Assembly (NCBI GenBank): GCA_963842885.1
Contig: CAWJIE010000004.1
Coordinates: 32,001 to 96,000 of the forward strand
DNA length: 64,000 bases
Direction of reading: 5' to 3'
Source: an uncultured Nitrososphaerota archaeon
GTDB taxonomy: Archaea > Thermoproteota > Nitrososphaeria > Conexivisphaerales > DTJL01
In this document: positions 59,599-64,000 of the stretch, in pieces
How positions within the stretch are numbered: position 1 is the stretch's first letter
Layout: each line of letters begins with the position of its first letter
Made by a program: the position numbers and the translations under genes
The notes under the pieces: generated by a model
The model's database searches: none
What the model saw: only the letters and a program-made list of their open reading frames with translations
Told to the model about the DNA's origin: nothing

Positions 59599-60861
59599 TT
59601 GTCAAGTAACCGGATGGAAAACGAAATGGAGACCCAGCTTCTCGACGTCGACAGGATCAAGGCGGATTTCCCAATATTCTCTACGGCGACGAAGGGCAAG
59701 CCGCTCATTTATCTGGACAATGCCGCGACGTCGCAGAAGCCCCTGGTCGTTTTGAGGTCGTTGGAGGAGTTCTATTCGAGCTACAACTCCAACATCCACA
59801 GGGGGGTCTACCAGATCGCGGAAAAGGCTACGGCGGAATTTGAGGCTGCCCGCGAAAAGGTCCGCAGGTTCATCTCCGCGCCCTCCCCCGGGGAGGTGGT
59901 CTTCACCAAGAATACTACCGAGTCGCTAAACCTCGTCGCCCAGAGCTGGGGGAGGAGCTTCGTTTCGAAGGAGGACAAGATTGTCATCACCCTCTTGGAA
60001 CATCACAGCAACATCGTCCCCTGGCAGCAGCTGGCCGAAGAGAAGAAGGCCAGATTGGAGTTCGTCGTAGTGGACGCCGAAGGGAACCTCGACATGGAAG
60101 ATTATAGGGAGAAGGTCGTCGGAGCGAAGGTGGTGTCTTTCACACACGTTTCGAATGTCCTCGGCACCCTGAACCCCGTCAAGGAAATGACGAAGATGGC
60201 CAAGAAAGAAGGTGCCTTGGTCGTAATCGACGGCGCGCAGGCCGTGCCGCACATGCCCGTCAACGTGTCCGACATAGGCTGCGACTTCTACGCCTTCTCC
60301 GCCCACAAGATGTTGGGCCCCACGGGGGTGGGAGTGCTCTACGGAAGGCGCGAGCGCCTTGAAGAGATGCCGCCCTTCCTGACGGGTGGCGACATGATAA
60401 GCGAAGTGCACATATCGGGCGCGACGTGGAACGAGCTACCCTGGAAGTTCGAAGCTGGAACCTCGAATATCGCAGACGTGATAGCCTTCGGTGCGGCCAT
60501 CGACTACCTTTCCTCCATAGGGATGTCGGCTGTCCGCCGGCATGAAATACGCCTTACTGCCCACGCCCTGGACGTCCTCGGAAGAGAAGAGGGAGTCACT
60601 CTCTACGGCCCGAAGAGTCCGGAGCGGCGGGGAGGGGTCGTACCGTTCAACTTGAAGGATGTCCACCCGCATGACGTCGCAGCGGTCCTGGATGGCATGG
60701 GGATCGCCGTCAGGTCCGGCTACCACTGCGCCCAGCCTCTCCATGATTGGTTCGGGATTCCCAGCTCGGTCAGGGCCAGCTTCTATATCTACAACAAGGA
60801 GAGTGAGATTGACGCGCTAGCCGAAGGCGTCCGCAAGGCTGGAAAGGTGTTTGGTAATTGA
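59599..60861 (+). CDS. sufS: cysteine desulfurase SufS
   Basis: YLDNAATSQKP, EHHSN, SAHKM, EAGT, RSGYHCA. Confidence 0.95.
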   Translation: MSSNRMENEMETQLLDVDRIKADFPIFSTATKGKPLIYLDNAATSQKPLVVLRSLEEFYSSYNSNIHRGVYQIAEKATAEFEAAREKVRRFISAPSPGEVVFTKNTTESLNLVAQSWGRSFVSKEDKIVITLLEHHSNIVPWQQLAEEKKARLEFVVVDAEGNLDMEDYREKVVGAKVVSFTHVSNVLGTLNPVKEMTKMAKKEGALVVIDGAQAVPHMPVNVSDIGCDFYAFSAHKMLGPTGVGVLYGRRERLEEMPPFLTGGDMISEVHISGATWNELPWKFEAGTSNIADVIAFGAAIDYLSSIGMSAVRRHEIRLTAHALDVLGREEGVTLYGPKSPERRGGVVPFNLKDVHPHDVAAVLDGMGIAVRSGYHCAQPLHDWFGIPSSVRASFYIYNKESEIDALAEGVRKAGKVFGN

Positions 60862-61259
60862 GTGATGAAATCTACAAGGAAATCATAATGGACCATTACA
60901 AGAATCCGAGGAACTTCGGGAAGCTCGAAGGCGCCGATTTCTCGGCCGAGGACAACAACCCCCTCTGCGGCGACCATGTCGAAATGGCCGTCAAGGTGAG
61001 CGATGGGAAGGTCGCTGACGTGAAGTTCATCGGCAGGGGATGCGCCATCAGCATGGCTGCCGCCTCCATCATCACGGAGCTCATTCAGGGCCTCTCAATG
61101 GAGGACCTGAGGAAGTTCGACAAGGAGCATCTCCTGGAGGCGATGGGGAACCCGGACCTCGGCCCTGTGAGGGTCAAGTGCGCACTCCTCCCCCTGAAGA
61201 CCCTGAAGCTGGGCCTCTACACGTATCTTTCAAAAGACACCGGAACCGCGGAAAAGTGA
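60858..61259 (+). CDS. sufU: SufU/IscU scaffold or sulfur-transfer protein
   Basis: NPLCGD, GCAIS, RVKCA. Confidence 0.92.
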   Translation: MSDEIYKEIIMDHYKNPRNFGKLEGADFSAEDNNPLCGDHVEMAVKVSDGKVADVKFIGRGCAISMAAASIITELIQGLSMEDLRKFDKEHLLEAMGNPDLGPVRVKCALLPLKTLKLGLYTYLSKDTGTAEK

Positions 61260-61265
61260 CCGAAG

Positions 61266-61541
61266 CTATTCTCTTATTCCTTCAAGGACGGAGACGGCGT
61301 TCCACAGGGTGACCCTGGCGAAGGAAGGAACATTCGGGTCCTGGGAGACCTCCTCGAGCACGCTCATGGCGTTGGCCGCCCTCACGCCGATGGACATCCT
61401 CTTGTCCTTCAGGCCATCCACTACCTCCTTAGTCACCTTGCGTATGTTGCGCGGGATGTTGGTGTTCTCGACGACAAGTCCGATCGTGTTGATAGCCTGG
61501 TTCAACTTCTCCTCGTTCTCCGCGGCTTTCTTGCTACTCAA
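61266..61541 (-). CDS. UPF0147 family protein
   Basis: PRNIRK, RAANA, QDPNVP..AR..LWN.VS.LE. Confidence 0.88.
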   Translation of the reverse strand: MSSKKAAENEEKLNQAINTIGLVVENTNIPRNIRKVTKEVVDGLKDKRMSIGVRAANAMSVLEEVSQDPNVPSFARVTLWNAVSVLEGIRE

Positions 61542-61665
61542 AACGCTGCAATAGCCTCCTGGCTTCGCTGCACGACATTACAAGACCCACCAGTTTTAAG
61601 CTTATCCATTCATCGAAAAGCCCTTATCGGGCGCGGGACCCCCCGTCCCCCTGTCGGCGACAATA

Positions 61666-62005
61666 TTGGCCATCGATTCGAGAAGCTCGCAGAAGCTCAT
61701 GGCCGAAATGATGAGGAAGGGCGCCACCCTTCTCAGGGAGCCCTGCCCGGAGTGTGGCGGCATCCTCTTCAGGTACAAGGGGAAGGACATCTGCCCCATC
61801 TGTTCGTGGCATGGAGAGCGTCGAAGAGTTGGATGAAAAGGCGGCTGTGAAGGCGACGCCGGCCTCCGGGAAGTCAGCAGTCGTGACGAAGATCCTGGAC
61901 GACTCACTGGCGCAGCTGGCGAAGGAGAAGGACCCCGCCAAGCGCCTGAAGCTCCTGCAGGTAGTGAAGCTGACCGCCGAAGTCCTCAAGCTCCTGAAGG
62001 AATGA
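61666..62005 (+). CDS. UPF0148/Sjogren autoantigen-like Zn-ribbon protein (frameshifted)
   Basis: MAEMMRKGATLLREPCPECGGILF...CPIC, then a shift into the helical C-terminus of ORF 61754-62005. Confidence 0.8.
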
Positions 62006-62013
62006 GGGTACGT

Positions 62014-63546
62014 TCACCCGATGAACGAGTCCAGGCCCTCCTTCTTGGGAGGCCTGGTGGAAGGGGGCGTCGAGGGTGCCTTCTCCGCGCTAAGCTGCCT
62101 GGCATAGCTGCTCAACGATTTCAGCTTTCTTTGCACCACCCGATAGTAGGCCTCGTCGACGGTGTCCCTGACGATGAGCATGACCATCTTCCCCTCCTTT
62201 CGCCTCCCGGTCCTCCCCCTCCTCTGGATGTACCTGATGGCGCTGGCGACGTTGTCGTAGAATACGACGAGGTTGCATTCGGCGATGTCCAGGCCCTCTT
62301 CGCCTATCTGGGTGGCGATCAGGACGCGGTACTTCCCGCTCCTGAACATGTCCACTGCCTTCACCTGCTCGTCCTGCTTCTGGCCCGTGGCACCCTGCTT
62401 CCCAATCAGGATCCAGGCACTGATGCCCTCCTTCGAGAGCATCCTGTAAATGTGGTCGACGGTCTCGCGGTAGCCGGCGAAGATGAGGGCCCTGTCCTCC
62501 TTGGTTAGCCCCTTGATGAGCCCCTTCAACTCCTCGAACTTCGGCTGTTCGTAGCCGGCCACCAGCGCGCCGTTGATGAGCTCAAAGGCCTCCTTCAGCC
62601 GCTGGTCCTTGATTATCATTGAGTTGACCCTACCCTTCGTGTCTCTGATCCTTTCATAGTAGCTCACGAAGGCCTTGTAGCTCTGGGTTTCGAGCATCTT
62701 CTCCAGGTTGAAGAGCTTGGCGGCGATGAAATAGCAGAACTTGGCGTTCCAGCTCCCCTTGCTGAGGACGAGCTCCCTGTTCCTCATCATCTCCTTGAAG
62801 CTCATCTTCTCGGCGGCCGCCCTCGGCATCAGGTTCTCCCGGGCCAGGGTGGAGAGCCTCTCTTTCAGGGCCTCCCTGATCAGCGCGGAAGCCCTGCGCA
62901 TATAGTCCGGGCTGTCAAGGAGCCTCACGTCCATCTTGACCTCATGGACGAAGGGCTTGATGTCTTCGCTTTCGTAATCCCGGAAGAGGATCTTGTCGGC
63001 GGACAGGTGACCCTTGATTTCATCTATCTTGGCCCTCTCACTGGGAAGGGTAGCCGTCAGGCCCACCTTCTGCACGTCTCCGGCGGAGAACAGTTCGGCG
63101 ATCCTGACGTAGCTGTGGTCACCGATGGCTTTGTGCACTTCGTCGAGTATCAGGAGATTGAACCCGCGCGGATTGAGCAGGGACCTCTTGACGTCCTGCA
63201 CGGCGATCTGGGGAGTCGCGCAGACGATCTTGGCGTTCCAGGCGTCCTCCCTGGAGTAGATGTCGTCTTCGCCGGTTGCAGCCGAAACGGACCCCTTCGG
63301 CAGCTCCATGACCCTGCTCAGGAAGTCCTTATGCTGCTGGACGAGGATGCGCGTTGGAGCGAGGAAGAGGGTCCTCCCGCCCCTTGACGCCAGCTCGTTG
63401 GCGATGATGAGGGCGGCGACGGCTGTCTTGCCCATGCCGGTGGGGAGAACTATGATGACGTTCGAATGGCCGGCATCTTGGGCCAGCTCGCTCTGGTATG
63501 AGCGTTCCTCCAGCGCTCCTTCTTTGATAAAGCGGACCGTGGACAT
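62014..63546 (-). CDS. hef: Hef/FANCM-like SF2 helicase without nuclease domain
   Basis: RSYQ, LPTGMGKT, DEVH, GLTAT, GEEGLDI, QRRGRTGR; C-terminal LDSF PIP-like. Confidence 0.9.
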   Translation of the reverse strand: MSTVRFIKEGALEERSYQSELAQDAGHSNVIIVLPTGMGKTAVAALIIANELASRGGRTLFLAPTRILVQQHKDFLSRVMELPKGSVSAATGEDDIYSREDAWNAKIVCATPQIAVQDVKRSLLNPRGFNLLILDEVHKAIGDHSYVRIAELFSAGDVQKVGLTATLPSERAKIDEIKGHLSADKILFRDYESEDIKPFVHEVKMDVRLLDSPDYMRRASALIREALKERLSTLARENLMPRAAAEKMSFKEMMRNRELVLSKGSWNAKFCYFIAAKLFNLEKMLETQSYKAFVSYYERIRDTKGRVNSMIIKDQRLKEAFELINGALVAGYEQPKFEELKGLIKGLTKEDRALIFAGYRETVDHIYRMLSKEGISAWILIGKQGATGQKQDEQVKAVDMFRSGKYRVLIATQIGEEGLDIAECNLVVFYDNVASAIRYIQRRGRTGRRKEGKMVMLIVRDTVDEAYYRVVQRKLKSLSSYARQLSAEKAPSTPPSTRPPKKEGLDSFIG

Positions 63547-63627
63547 GGGCCGACCCCCGTAACTCTCCACAACCCAACACTTTTATCATTTAGTAGATTC
63601 GACACAACCTCTGGGCGCCTCTATCCT

Positions 63628-64000
63628 ATGATCATCGACGGGCAAGAGCTACAGAAGTCCCTGGCTGACGTGGAGAGGGCTGTCACTGCCGTCGATGCGG
63701 AAGGCCTAGGATCGGCGGCTGAAGGATGGAGGATTCCGACCGAAGTGGCCAAAGAGTTCGTAGAGGTCGGCCGATCCCTGATCACGTTTCGACCGAGCCC
63801 AAGGGTGGGGAGATTCCTCGTCATCAGTGGGGTCGACAAGTCGGGCAAGGAGACCCACTCCTTCAACCAGAGCAGGCTTGCTAAGGTAACCTCTGTGTAC
63901 GATCATCTGAATTCGAACGGATTCAAGGTGCTCCCGGTCAGCCTCCCATCATATGAGACCCTTTTGGGGAGCCTAGTCGGCGCGTATCTTGGACGCAACA
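63628..64000 (+). CDS. thymidylate kinase-like protein, truncated by window end
   Basis: FLVISGVDKSGKET P-loop and LPSYET..G.LV..YL, resembling dTMP kinase; long N-terminal extension. Confidence 0.65.
   Translation, partial: MIIDGQELQKSLADVERAVTAVDAEGLGSAAEGWRIPTEVAKEFVEVGRSLITFRPSPRVGRFLVISGVDKSGKETHSFNQSRLAKVTSVYDHLNSNGFKVLPVSLPSYETLLGSLVGAYLGRN

Noticed and set aside
21-62005. Frameshifts in rad50, hel308, fixC, sufB, sufD, UPF0148, MFS and Zn-ribbon genes as programmed frameshifting or pseudogenisation
   Set aside because: They are scattered single-base indels in otherwise intact conserved genes, often in short runs, with no shared slippery motif or in-frame stops; assembly error is more parsimonious
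173-63906. Numerous long overlapping or antisense ORFs in the track
   Set aside because: Arg/Gly/Pro-rich shadow frames expected from high-GC codon usage

Overview
GC-rich archaeal chromosome segment, most consistent with a deep-branching, probably non-ammonia-oxidising Nitrososphaerota/TACK lineage (inferred from gene repertoire: short XPF plus separate Hef helicase, GINS23-MCM-Hel308, thaumarchaeal-type integrase and small conserved proteins). It is mostly housekeeping: Mre11-Rad50, 2-oxoacid:ferredoxin oxidoreductase, RtcB-EndA-DGGGP synthase-RFC-L-XPF, RFC-S, HisRS, a fused EtfB-A/FixC/FixX module, two phosphohexomutases, ThiL, a DEAD-box helicase, a TRAM protein and sufCBDSU. Many conserved genes carry single-base indels, most likely assembly errors. 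Highlights: (1) a tRNA-Thr(CGU) gene split by three BHB-flanked introns (27/28, 37/38, 59/60) in an apparently empty spacer; (2) a ~7.6 kb element integrated at tRNA-Arg(UCU) with satellite-like layout (integrase, divergent RHH pair, P-loop replication protein with inverted iterons, Type IIG-like RM enzyme, orphan nuclease) and a ~770 bp helically phased region with 18 GAWTC sites plus 20- and 31-bp repeats; (3) a second iteron-like array just outside that element; (4) C at normally invariant U positions in two tRNAs; (5) several structured intergenic RNA candidates. All calls are by manual motif recognition; no searches were run.
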